Assembly: GCA_951406725.2 (NCBI GenBank)
Contig: OX597833.1
Location: 55,180,001 to 55,244,000, forward strand
Length of the DNA: 64,000 nt
Source: Octopus vulgaris
Taxonomy: Eukaryota
Direction of reading: 5' to 3'
In this document: one piece after another, positions 12,285 through 24,248 of the stretch
Layout of the letters: every line of letters starts with the position of its first letter
Numbering within the stretch: position 1 is the stretch's first letter
Position numbers and translations under genes: made by a program
The notes under the pieces: model-generated
What the model was told of the DNA's origin: nothing
What the model saw: only the letters and a program-made list of their open reading frames with translations
Databases searched by the model: none

Positions 12285-12385
12285 ATCAGACTGGGCCTGA
12301 TGCAGCCTTCTGGCTTCACAGACCCCAGTTGAATCGTCCAACCCATGCTAGCATGGAAAGCGGACGCTAAATGATGATGATGATA
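12285..12385 (+). mobile_element. Family C 3' fragment
   Basis: ATCAGACTGGGCCTG...GCATGGAAAGCGGACGCTAAATGATGATGATGAT. Confidence 0.8.
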
Positions 12386-12414
12386 AATATAATAGGCAGT
12401 GAAACAGTTATGGA

Positions 12415-12830
12415 CTCTCTTTACTCTTTTACCTGTTTCGGTCATTTGACTGCGACCATGCTGGAGCACCGACTTCTAGTTGAGTAAATTGACCCCGGGA
12501 CTTATTCTTTGTAAGCCTAGTACTTATTCTATCAGTCTCTTTTGCTGAACTGCTAAGTAACGGGAACGTAAACACACCAGCATCGGTTGTCAAGCAATTG
12601 TGGGGGGACAAACACAGACACACAAACATATACATACACACACATATATATATATATACATATATACGACGGGCTTCTTCCAGTTTCCGTCTACCAAATC
12701 CACTCACAAGGGTTTGGTCGGCCCGAGGCTATAGTAGAAGACACTTGCCCAAGGTGCCACGCAGTGGGACTGAACCCGGAACCATGTGGTTGGTTAGCAA
12801 ACTACGTACCACACAGCCACTCCTGTGCCT
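12415..12830 (-). mobile_element. SINE family A, full length
   Basis: Full reverse-complement match from tail to tRNA-like head. Confidence 0.92.
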
Positions 12831-12978
12831 ATTTAAGATTATCCTCAAATCAGTCTTATCTACCTTACCAGAGGCATCAAAGCTATGACCATACTCTTCT
12901 TTTTTTCGACATATTTTATCTGGAACTACACCGTCTAATGTATCCCTCCTGCTTTTTTTTTTCTTTTTCTATTATTAA

Positions 12979-13334
12979 CCTTTTAGTGTTTAAACTGGCT
13001 ATATCCGGCCCAAATATTCTACACATTTTATGCTCAAACTGGCCAAAACCAGCATCTCACACCTACTCTGCAATGTCATTCTAAAAATAAGCAATTACAT
13101 CTTTCCTATCTTGAAGCTACAAAATAATATCAGATAATTTTTTTTTAAATGTGAATAGGATTGGGTGTGTGGTAAGTAGCTTGTTTACCAACCACATGGT
13201 TCTGGGTTCAGTCCCACTGCATGGCACCTTGGGGAAGTGTCTTCTACTATAGCCTTGGGCCGACCAAAGCTTTGTGAGTGGATTTGGTAGACAGAAACTG
13301 AACGAAGCCCGTCATATATATGTATATATATATA

Positions 13335-13382
<48 letters not shown>

Positions 13383-13651
13383 TGTGTGTGTTTGTGTGTC
13401 TGTGTTTGTTCCCCTAGCATTGCTTGACAACCGATGCTGGTGTGTTTATGTCCCCATTACTTAGCGATTCGGCAAAAGAGACCGATAGAATAAGTACTGG
13501 GCTTACAAAAGAATAAGTCCCGGGGTCGAGTTGCTCGATTAAAGGCGGTGCTCCAGCATGGCCGCAGTCGGATGACTGAAACAAGTAAAAGAGTAAAAAG
13601 TGTGAGAGTAAAGAGTATTACTTTTGACAAATTAATATGAATGCTAAAGGG
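12979..13651. mobile_element. piggyBac-type MITE P2 with a nested SINE A
   Basis: TTAA-CCTTTTAGTGTT...AATGCTAAAGGG-TTAA; SINE A occupies about 13165-13615. Confidence 0.8.
13165..13615 (+). mobile_element. SINE family A
   Basis: Collinear match to family A. Confidence 0.92.
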
Positions 13652-14363
13652 TTAAGTCAGTCGAGTGTAATACAGGGCTGACGTTTCTAGCTGGTAGTGA
13701 GACCATGTAGAGGATCTCTCATCTTTAATGAAATGGCGAATGTAGTAGAGAATGAATGATATAGAAAATATATAAAATCAATTGATTACTGTAATGCCAG
13801 TCTGTATGATAGAGAACAGTAAGTGTGAAAGTCATAAGTAAATAATAAACAGAGTTTGTTGTGTGTTAGTTTGCAATCACGATTCTAAAATACACCGCAG
13901 TCGAAGTCACAATTTATTCCTGAGAATTAATTAGCATTTATTTAATTATTCTAGCTTGGAATATTATTAACAACTCTTATGTATTTGTATTTGATGGAAT
14001 ATTCTAGCAAAAGTCTAAGCTTTGCACAAAGTTGTTAATAAATTTTTGATCACTTCATTGTGTCAAAATTTCTTCTCTTCTTCCAGCCCCCCCCCCCTAT
14101 TTTTAGTCTTCTGAGACAAAGACTGGTAAGGGTTTTGAAATGGGTGGTGAGCTCACTGAGCTCTCAGACGCTGGGCCCTCTCCAATGTGGATACAGTGGG
14201 TTATGTGAGGGGTGATATGCTTGCTATGTGTCAGACCTGAACTTACCCATGGAGGATGAATAAAATGAACATTAAAAGGATTTTGATGGTAATGATTCCT
14301 CTGAAGTAGAAGTTAGCTGTAAATAATAAATTCCATGGATTGTGTCTCAAGACCATTACTTGA

Positions 14364-14673
14364 CAATTGCAGCGTGGAAGGTGTTTATAAGCCATTTAAG
14401 AAACACACAAAAGCCGTTCGATTCACTTCAACATTTAAGTTTAATTTGTCAAAATATTTTTGTTGCTTTAAGACGGATTTTTGTCAGTGAACAGGTCGCG
14501 GTCTTAAAGCGACGAAAATATTTTGACAAATTAGACTTAAATGTTGAAGTGAATCGAACGGCTTTTGTGTGTTTCTTAAATGGCTTACAAACACCTTCCA
14601 CGCTGCAATTGTTTTCGTTTCAGCACACAATCTCAGGTCAGGTCACTTGCTATGCAAGTACATCTCCGTAACA
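14364..14673 (+). mobile_element. Non-autonomous Penelope-like element (family HH-2) with a long inverted 5' segment
   Basis: 14364-14474 is the reverse complement of 14501-14611; 9-bp TSD ATTACTTGA (14355-14363 and 14674-14682); second copy at 26860-27067. Confidence 0.8.
14480..14530 (+). ncRNA. Minimal type-I hammerhead ribozyme fold, G3:C8 core variant
   Basis: UUUGUCA-GUGAACA-G-GUCGC-GGUCUUAAA-GCGAC-GAAA-AUAU-UU-UGACAAA: 7-bp stem I, 5-bp stem II, palindromic AAUAUU stem III. Confidence 0.8.
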
Positions 14674-14843
14674 ATTACTTGAGTCATCAGGAAATTAGCA
14701 ATGGAATTCATAGTAATGTACTGGCCTACCTGTACATCGGAGATGATGTAAAATGATGGTACTTGTTTGGTGCGCTATTGGCCTTTATTTACAGAGAGAC
14801 CTGTCGACTTCTCGCAGTTTTGCACTTTACCACATCATCATAC

Positions 14844-15152
14844 TGTGGAGGCACATGGCCTAGTAGTTAGAGCAGCGGACTCGCGGTCGAGGGATCGCTG
14901 GTTCAAATCTCAGACGGAGCGATGTGTGTGTTTATGAGCGAAACACCTAAGCTCCACACAGCTCCGGCAGAAGGTAATGGCAAACCTTCTGCTGACTCTT
15001 TCGCCACAGCTTTCTCTCATTCCTTCCTCGTGCATCTTGCAGCTCACCTGCAACGGACCGGCGTCTCATCCAGGTGGGAAACCTATACGCCAAGAAACCG
15101 GGAAACCGGGCCTTATGAGACCGGTATGGCTCGAGAAGGAACACCAAACCAA
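14844..15152 (+). mobile_element. tRNA-derived SINE, family D'
   Basis: Head GGAGGCACATGGCCTAGTAGTTAGAGCAGCGGACTCGCGGTCG...GGTTCAAATC; 12-bp TSD ACATCATCATAC (14832-14843 and 15153-15164). Confidence 0.9.
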
Positions 15153-15509
15153 ACATCATCATACACGGATTAAGGTTCCTCAGTGGCACTGAAGGTGGAT
15201 ATGAGATCTTTTGGCACAGCTGTTTTTGCACTCCCTATTTGGTGCCACTGATATGACAACGACCTATTGATGTCAGATGCTTTAATGTTTCTTTTGTTAC
15301 CCCTCAATTCAATTCAATTCAATTTTTATTGGCTCAAAAAGCAAAAGCAAGGCCATGTAGGGGGACAAGGAGTTCTGATTTAAAAAAAAAAGAAAAAAAA
15401 TGTTCTGCTTACAATTTATAGATTTCATTTCATCTAACAATTTTACTTGTAATGAACTGCAAGAATGCCCATGTCCCACCCTCTCTGAATGCTTCTAGTA
15501 TTAGTATAT

Positions 15510-15907
15510 ACTCTTACTCTCTTTTTTACTTGTTTCAGTCATTTGACTGCGGCCATGCTGGAGCACTGCCTTTAATCGAGCAACTCGACCCCGGGACTTA
15601 TTCTTTTGTAAGCCCAGTACTTATTCTATCGGTCTTTTTTGCCGAACCGCTAAGTAACGGAGACATAAACACACCAGCATCGGTTGTCAAGCAATGCAAG
15701 GGGGACAAACACAGACACACACATGCATAGATATATATATATATATATACGACGGGCTTCTTTTCAGTTTCCGTCTATCAAATCTACTCACAAGGCATTG
15801 GTCGGCCCGGGGCTATAGCAGAAGACACTTGCCCAAGATGCCATGCAGTGGGACTGAACCATGTGGTTGGTAAGCAAGCTACTTACCACACAGCCACTCC
15901 TGCGCCT
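15510..15907 (-). mobile_element. SINE family A, full length
   Basis: Reverse-complement match ending CACAGCCACTCCTGCGCC. Confidence 0.92.
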
Positions 15908-16787
15908 ATAAAAAAAAAAAAAAGAGAGAGAGAGAAAAGAAGCTTAATGAAATTCTTGGTTTTGTGTTTCTAAGCATATATTTAGTATTAATAGCTCTCA
16001 GTTTAGACCATTCTCTTTGTTTTGTCTTTTTAACCCCTGACATCCCGACCTTTGACATTTTAAGTTGTTCATTAAAAGCCCAATATTTTGTGTTAGACAA
16101 ACGAGTTCTCTCTCTCCCAGTTTGCTACTGAAATATTTTATATTCTAATTAAAATTAATTTCCTCTCTTGTAAAAAGGCAATGCAGTCTGTTTGTTATAT
16201 ATAAAGACAACAAAAGTTTTTTTTTTTTTTCTGCCTTCATATATTCCTAATGTCAGAGTTAGTTAATGCATGGATTTCTTTTCATTATAAGTCTTGCTAG
16301 TTCATTATTCCCCCCCAACTCCACCCGACTTTATTTACTTCATTGATATCAGTTTCAAACCTCCTATTAGTAAAGGGGGTGGGGAAAAAAAATGCTTTCA
16401 GCTAAATTGGAGAAACACAAGAAGAGAGGGGTAAAAAAAAAGAAAAGAAAAAAAGCAAGAATCCTTTTCCTCCCTCACTTAGCCATCATTCTTTTTTTTT
16501 AACCCCATCAACCCAGCTTCACCCCCCCTCCATCACAATTTGTAAAGATGGCTCAGGGTGTTTTTTCTGTTGATTAGAACTTGTTTTTTAATGTAGTCTC
16601 TGAATAATAAAAAAAAAAAATTATCTTGCTTTCAAGAAGTTGGGTTTGTGTTTGGATTTTCATTCAAGATGGTTTGTTATTGTTTATTTTAGGACAGTAT
16701 ATAAAGGGCTTTTTATATTGGTGTTGTTTGTGTTGTTTTCATGCATGGGCTGACAATAATTAAGTTTTACTCTTCATAGATGTCGAC

Positions 16788-16945
16788 CTTGGCTGTGTAG
16801 TTTAAAAGCTCACTTTGCAACCATGTGACTTCAGGTTCAGTCCCTCTGTACTGCACCATGGACAAGTGTCTCCTACTGTAGCCCCAGATAGTTCAATTCC
16901 TTGTGAGCAAATCTGGAAGACAGAAGCTGCGTAGAAGCCCATTAT
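16788..16945 (+). mobile_element. SINE family A, old 5' fragment
   Basis: TGGCTGTGTAG...AGGTTCAGTCCC...GGACAAGTGTCTCCTACTGTAGCC. Confidence 0.65.
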
Positions 16946-17513
16946 AATCAACAGATGTATCCATTAGATTAAAATAGCCCTTTATGTATCATACTTAATG
17001 TAAATACATCTTGAAAAAGCAAATTGCATGTAAGAGGCTTTTATTCAACCAGGTGATTAATTGCGGTACCAGTGATTGTATAGTCACTGTTTTCCTATAT
17101 CAGTAGTGACAGGTTTTATCTTGCCAGGTAGTTGGCAGTGAATACATGCTACTGACAAAGTGCAATGAGAAAGAAATACCCATCTAGCAGTCTAACCTCT
17201 GCTGCTGGATGCTTTTCGACCACTACTGATATACTTGTGTTTGCAAACACAGCACATCCATAACAGATATTATCTCTGGACAAATACCTCAGTAAATTTC
17301 ATTTTTCATGATTTATTTACATTACAGCTGACCACACACTGGCTATATTTAGTCTTATAGTCAACTTCTATCTTGATAATTTCCTCTGGCACCCCATCAT
17401 TACCATCTTTATCTTTTCCCCCACTTACTGCTACTCACCATTTCATAACATGGGATAGCCACGCATCTCCTCTATTGCAAGAGAACTGTTCTTCTCCTGT
17501 TGCCATGCTTTAA

Positions 17514-17736
17514 CCCTTTCGTTACTATATTTATTTTGAGATGTTCTGTATTTCTTTGAATTACTTTAAATATAACAAAGAATTTAGTAAAATAACTTAG
17601 TTATCATTCAGCTAGTGTTAGGAACATAAATTGTGACTAAGGTTTGGTGGGAGATTTTAATTCAAAACCTTATGAAAACTAGACATTTGTACTACAGAGC
17701 CAGAGGCGGTTTCAGTCAAGTTGGTAATGTAAAAGC
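17514..17736. mobile_element. piggyBac-type MITE P1 (right TIR decayed)
   Basis: TTAA-CCCTTTCGTTAC start; body matches 9876-10096. Confidence 0.85.
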
Positions 17737-17779
17737 TAAATGTGTTATCTTACCGTTTTTACCAATATATATATATATA

Positions 17780-17995
17780 CAGTAATCCCTTGACTATCAT
17801 GGGTGTTACTCCACTCCCCCGCGACATGTGAAAATCCATAATGTAGAAAGAATACTGTATATTTCTTTAGAATTATTTTTATAATTTGCATATATTTATT
17901 CTATTATATATATGCAATACAACACCATGGAGGAATCGCCGTAAGCTTAGATAATAAACCACGATAGGTGAACCGCAATATAGTGAGGGCTTACT

Positions 17996-17996
<1 letters not shown>
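17780..17996. mobile_element. Tc1/mariner-superfamily (pogo/Tigger-like) MITE
   Basis: TA-CAGTAATCCCT...AGGGCTTACTG-TA. Confidence 0.8.
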
Positions 17997-18039
<43 letters not shown>

Positions 18040-18514
18040 TTTTCTTAGTTTCTCGTGTTTTGACTCTTGATTTGATTTCATAGCAGCAATGCGAAAATGC
18101 CTAATTAAAATCTCCGTTAGAACTCCCTTAAGTCCTGCAGTGACTAAAAGGTAAAAAAGATAGATAACATTATATATATATACATATATAAACAAGAAAA
18201 GTATATAACAACAACTGTTTTCACTTGGCAATGATGAATGTTGTTTCCTTCTAAATTAAAGGAGCTTACATGTATCCCGACACGTGTACACACACACTCA
18301 TGCTCACTCACACACATAAAGGAGAAAAGAGATAATCTGTTTGTTGTCGGGTTTTTATTTTTGGTTTTTTGCTACAGTCTTTTCCACTTCACTTTCTGCC
18401 TTGTAAGATGTTAAGCTATAGATTAAGGAATGTTACTTGTGGATTTATTTTGTAAAGTTTCCATTTCTTTGAATCGCATTTACTTTAAAATGAAAATTAA
18501 TTAGTCTTTCGTTC

Positions 18515-18637
18515 ATGTATGTATGTATGTGTGTATGTATGTATGTATGTATGTATGTATGTATGTATGTATGTATGTATGTATGTATGTATGTGTATGT
18601 ATGTATGTATGTATGTATGTTTGTTTGTATGTATGTA

Positions 18638-18687
<50 letters not shown>

Positions 18688-18720
18688 CACATACATGTAT
18701 GTATGTATATATTGATACAG

Positions 18721-18773
<53 letters not shown>

Positions 18774-18815
18774 TATAGACACATATATGTGTGTGTGTAT
18801 ATGTATGTATGTATT
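18515..18815. repeat. Compound (TATG)/(TG)/(TA)/(CA) microsatellite
   Basis: Directly visible. Confidence 0.97.
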
Positions 18816-19643
18816 AGTTTTTGGTATAAAATAGAGTTCATTTGCTGCCCTTATGATTAAATGTGTCTGTGTGTATATGCATTTGTGTGTAGATATATGT
18901 ATGTATATATATATATATGCATGTATGCTTATGTGTGTATGTGTGTGTATATGTTATCTTTGATCCATTAGTGGTGTGGCATTTTTTTATCATAATATAT
19001 TCACTTACAGTGGAAACATGATTTTAAAACTATTTGCAGTCTAGCAAGTACCGTATGTTTAAAATACCTTATAGTTACATTTTCTTGCTGCTGTAGGTGT
19101 GTACGCACACATGCATGCACATCCTATGTTATTGATGCTATAGAATAGAATATCTTGCAAAATAATTAAGGTAGCCATCTATGTGTCATACTTAAACGTA
19201 TACACAGGGTTGATGGGCCATTTACTGCTGTATTTGTTCTGATATAACATCTCTTATGGATATGCTGAGTTAAAAACAGTAATGTCAGAGGAAATAAAAG
19301 TTCATCACAGCAGCATCCTGCAAGAATAGCAGATGCATTGTGGCCATTTAGAAATGACATGAACTCACAGCCAGCCTCATACTCAGATGAAAATCCACTG
19401 TGTCTAATATAAGAAAATGTGAATATAACATTCACTGATGCTGCAAAGAGCTTCCTGGCTGAAAAAAATCTGGTGTATGCAACTGAGGTAGCATTTCATT
19501 AAGTACTAAGATATTTTTGTACGAAGTTATGGGTGTCACAAGGTAGAAATATTGACACTGTCTTACCATCCACCTGTTCTTATCTTTCTCCCTCTCTCTC
19601 TCCTCTCTCATACACATTTTTAATTTACTGGTTTCACTTATTC

Positions 19644-20233
19644 AGAAACGTTAGCACGCCGGGCGAAATGCTTAGCAGTATTTCGTCTGCCACTACGTTC
19701 TGAGTTCAAATTCCGCCGAGGTCAACTTTGCTTTTCATCCTTTTGGGGTCGATTAAATAAGTACCAGTTATGCACTGCAGGTCGATATAATCGACTTAAT
19801 TCGTTTGTCTGTCCTTGTTTGTCCTTTCTGTTTTTAGCCCCTTGTGGGTAATAAAGAAATAGGTATTTCATCTGCCGCAATGTTCTGAGTTCAAATTCCG
19901 CCGAGGTCAACTTTGCCTTTCATCCTTTCGGGGTCGATTAAATAAGTACCAGTTACGCACTGGGGTCGATATAATCGACTTAGTCCGTTTGTCTGTCCCT
20001 GTTTGTCCTCTCTGTGTTTAGCCCCTTGTGGGTAGTAAAGAAATAGGTATTTTGTCTGCCACTACGTTCTGAGTTCAAATTCTGCTGAGGTCAACTTTGC
20101 CTTTCATCCTTTTGGGGTCGATTAAATAAGTACCAGTTAAGCACTGGGGTCGATATAATTGACTTAATCCGTTTGTCTGTCCTTGTTTGTCCTTTCTGTG
20201 TTTAACCCCTTGTGGGTAGTAAAGAAATAGGTA
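19644..20233 (+). mobile_element. SINE family B: one head plus three tandem body units
   Basis: CAGAAACGTTAGCACGCCGGGCGAAATGCTTAGC followed by three units of about 184 bp joined at AAAGAAATA|GGTATTT. Confidence 0.92.
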
Positions 20234-21154
20234 AAAAGGTTTGATCTGGATGTGACTGGTTTAGATAGACACTAACGAATTAAGTAACTCTTCTAGTTTG
20301 AAACGAGAGGAGATGGGAAGCAAAGGTATCTCTGATATTTCTTTCACCTTGGTCACCATTTGGCTATTGTAAAAGATGCTCACTCAAAGCACTGCATCGT
20401 GGGATTGCTGCCATGTGCTTGCAAAATAAACTGCTTAACTATCCAGTTATGTTATAGCTGTATTTAAATTCACTAGTTTTCCATTACCAAAGTAATGCAC
20501 TATGTAATGGGATAGTACAGGATATTATTAATAATATTATTACGGTGTTGTTGTTGTTGTTGCTGCTGTTGTTATTGTTATTAGGTAATGTTGACTACTT
20601 TTCCATTAACTAAGTAATGGGAAAAATAGCCACCTTAAACAACAGTCGTCGTACTAAATATTTACTTTACTCAACTTACTGATTACTCTCTTACTTGGCC
20701 GTACCGCTACGCTACTTGTTAAGTTCTACATACACACACACATGGATGTGCACACAAATATATAAGCACATCTACGCATGCATAAAGACGTGTACCCACA
20801 CACACACGTGTGTGTATGTCTGTGCAGAGAGTGGAGATCTCATTCACTGTTTCATTGGGTGGATATAATGTCAGAAGAAAATGAATGAACTTAATATAAA
20901 AGCTGTTTTAGTGGTAGGTATAAATAACGGTCGGTTTTATATACGTCACAAAAACCGAAAGCATATTAAAAACCTTTCTCTCATTAATAACAAATCACAG
21001 ACTTGTCAGCCTGGGAACAAAGCTCCAATGAGCAATGTTATAACATAAAAATTTTTCTAAAAGTTATCAAACCTCATGATTTTTAATTGTTACATGGTAC
21101 ATAACGAGTTACAACACATTGTTCTGCAGGCCAGCTATACATAGACATGGAACT

Positions 21155-21166
21155 CTACCACCACCT

Positions 21167-21197
<31 letters not shown>

Positions 21198-21377
21198 CAC
21201 CACCACCATAACTACTACCACCACCACCGCCATTACTACTACTACTACCACCATTACTACTACTACTACCACCACCATTACAACTACTTACTACTACTAC
21301 CACCACCATCACCACTACTGCTACTACTACTTCTACCACCACCACAACTACTACCACTACCACTATTTTTACTACTG

Positions 21378-21409
<32 letters not shown>

Positions 21410-21657
21410 GCCACCACCACCACCATTACTACTACCACCACCACCACCACCACCACCACTACCACCATTACTACTACTACATCCACCATCACCACTACAG
21501 CTACTAACTACCACCATTTTTACTACTGCCACTACTACTACCACCACCACCACCAGTACTGCTACTACTACAGCTACTACTATTACTGCTACTACTACTA
21601 CTACTACTACTACTGCTACTACTACTTCTACTACTACTACTACTACTACTACTGCTG
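21155..21657. repeat. (CTA)/(CCA) trinucleotide low-complexity tract
   Basis: Directly visible. Confidence 0.97.
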
Positions 21658-21911
21658 CACGAAACAAAAAGCAAGAGAGAAAGCCAGTCTTTGACAACCT
21701 CACTGCAGCATCTGTAGAATATGCTACAAGCGCTTAATGTCATAATGTCATTCTCGGGAATATATTCTGGTAAATTTGATGCCAGCCGAAACAGAACAGA
21801 CACAAATGTGGACATTAAGAAAAGTTCAGTTAAAATTCCAAGACTAACAAATCAGATATTTAAAATCGGGGGGGAACCATCCAATAAAAGAGAAATAATG
21901 TAGCGAACCAT

Positions 21912-22615
21912 TCTGCTGCTGCTGCTGCTTCTTCTTCTTCTTTGTTCTTCTTCTTCTTCTTCTTCTTCTTCTTCTTCTTCTTCTTCTTTTTCTTCCTCTT
22001 CTTCTTCTTCTTCTTCTTCTTCGTCTTCTTTTTCTTTTTCTTCCTCTTCTTCTTCTTTCTTCCTCTTCTTCTTCTTCTTTTTCTTCCTCTTCTTCTTCTT
22101 CTTCTTCTTCTTCTTCTTCTTCTTCTTCCTCTCTTCTTCTTCTTCCTCTTCTTCTTCTTCTTCTCCTTCTTCTTCTCCTCCTTCCTCCTCCTCCTCTTTC
22201 TTCTTCTTATTCTTCTTCATCTTCTTCTTCTCCTTCTTCCTCCTCTTTCTTCTTCTCTCTTCCTCCTTCTTCTTCATTCTTCTTATTTGTTTTCATTCTT
22301 CTTCTTCTTCCTCCTCCTCCTCCTTCTTCATCTCCTTCATTCTCCTCCTCCTCCTCCTCCTTCTTGTTCTGCTTCTTCTTCTCTTCCTCCTTCTTCATTC
22401 TTCTTATTTGTTTTCATTCTTCTTCTTCCTCCTCCTCCTCCTTCTTCATCTCCTTCGTTCTCCTCCTCCTCCTCCTCCTTCTTGTTCTGCTTCTTCTTCT
22501 TCTCTTCCTCCTTCTTCTTCATTCTTCATCTTCTTCCTCCTCTTCTTCATCTTCTTATTCCTCTTCTTCTCCTTCCTCCTCTTCTTCCTCCACCTCCCCT
22601 TCCTCTTCTTCTTCT
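21912..22615. repeat. (CTT)/(CCT) polypyrimidine tract with an internal higher-order duplication of about 120 bp
   Basis: Directly visible; TTCTTCATTCTTCTTATTTGTTTTCATTC...TTCTTGTTCTGCTTC occurs twice. Confidence 0.97.
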
Positions 22616-23071
22616 GCCATTAATTTCAAATGTTGCATTGTTACTATATGTTATTATATGCCAACTGTGCCTCGTTGTTGAGGCCACAATTAACTTAAAA
22701 TGATTGATATTCCAGACTGTGGAACTGAAAACACTAAAAATATGGGAAAAACGACCATAAATCAAATAAACTAAGTCTCGTGTTTTTCATTCCATGTCTG
22801 TGTGTGTGTATGATGTGTATATAAAATGTATCTGTATTTATGCATGCGTGCACATGCATATGTGTGTATAGACAAGGATGCATACACTGAAGTCTAGGAT
22901 ATGTATGTTTATAGGTATTTGTTAAAGACATTTGAATGCTGCTCTCTAAGCCATGTCCATTATTATTATTGTGAATGCCTGAAGGTGTTGTGATTCTACT
23001 TTCCTTTAATAAATAAATACCTGATTGGAGGTGAGATCTCTCCCTTATTTAAACCCTGGTATTGTGTTATA

Positions 23072-23587
23072 CAGGGATTCCTCGACTTGCACGAGTAATT
23101 GGGGGGGCGCGCAATTCGAAATTCGCGCTAGTCGAGTACCAGATATTGTTTTCTATAAATATTTTCCGGGATAACTGCTAAATATTGTTATATTAAAGAA
23201 ACACTTGGAGAAAGTATTGAATGAACTTTCTCTCTATTTGAAACCAAAAAACTTTTATTGGTGACTGCTTTGTACGAATACAAATTACAAAAAATAATAC
23301 AAATTGTTTAATGATTATGAACAGAAAGTAGAAAAATACATAGCAAATAAATTTACATATTCAGTTGATCAAACATTTTTTTATAACAAGAAAAATCATG
23401 TATATTTGAAATGATGGATAGATAACAAGATAACAGACAAGGCAGTGCAACCATGGATAATAAATATTTTTACAACAAGCGCAAGTCGAGAATACAACTC
23501 GCGCAACCTGAACCCTCAGTATCAAAAGTTGGCTCACGAAAGTCGAATTTCGCGCAAGTTAAACTCGCGCAAGTCGGGGAATCCCTG
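23072..23587. mobile_element. Tc1/mariner-superfamily (pogo/Tigger-like) non-autonomous DNA transposon
   Basis: TA TSDs; TIRs CAGGGATTCCTCGACTTGCACGAG / CTCGCGCAAGTCGGGGAATCCCTG. Confidence 0.9.
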
Positions 23588-23854
23588 TATACTGTTGTCA
23601 TATGATGGGTGAGATCTCTGCCTTCCTGAAACTCAATATATTGTTGTGACACACGTAACACCAGTCAATGAATAATGGGTTTGGTATTATTTCTTACTTC
23701 GTATGACAGCTTGTTTACCAAATGTGAGCAAACTTCCTATGACCTGATTGATTCCATAACAATTCCTTTTTAATCAGTGTCCATATCTGAATTCAAACAC
23801 TGGATACTCACACTTGAGGAATTTTAAACATTTTTTTGCTAATATACTATTATA

Positions 23855-24248
23855 GGCTGTGTGGTAAGTAGCTTGCTTATGAACTACATGGTTCTGGGTT
23901 CAGTCCCACTGCATGGCACCTTGGGCAAGTGTCTTCTGCTATAGCCTCGGGCTGACCAAAGCCTTGTGAGTGGATTTGGTAGACGGAAACTGAAAGAAGC
24001 CCGTCGTATATATGTATATATATATATATGTGTGTGTGTGTGTCTGTGTTTGTCCCCCTAACATCGCTTGACAACTGATGCTGGTGTGTTTATGTCCCCC
24101 GTAACTTAGCGGTTTGGCAAAAGAGGCCGATAGAATAAGTACTAGGTTTACAAAGAATAAGTCCTGGGGTCGATTTGCTCGACTAAAGGCGGTGCTCCAG
24201 CATGGCCACAGTCAAATGACTGAAACAAGTAAAAGAGTAAAAGAGAGT
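23855..24248 (+). mobile_element. SINE family A
   Basis: Collinear match to family A. Confidence 0.92.

Noticed and set aside
21109-22703. Poly-V/T/S/E/K/F ORFs up to 253 aa
   Set aside because: Trinucleotide repeat tracts open in many frames on both strands.
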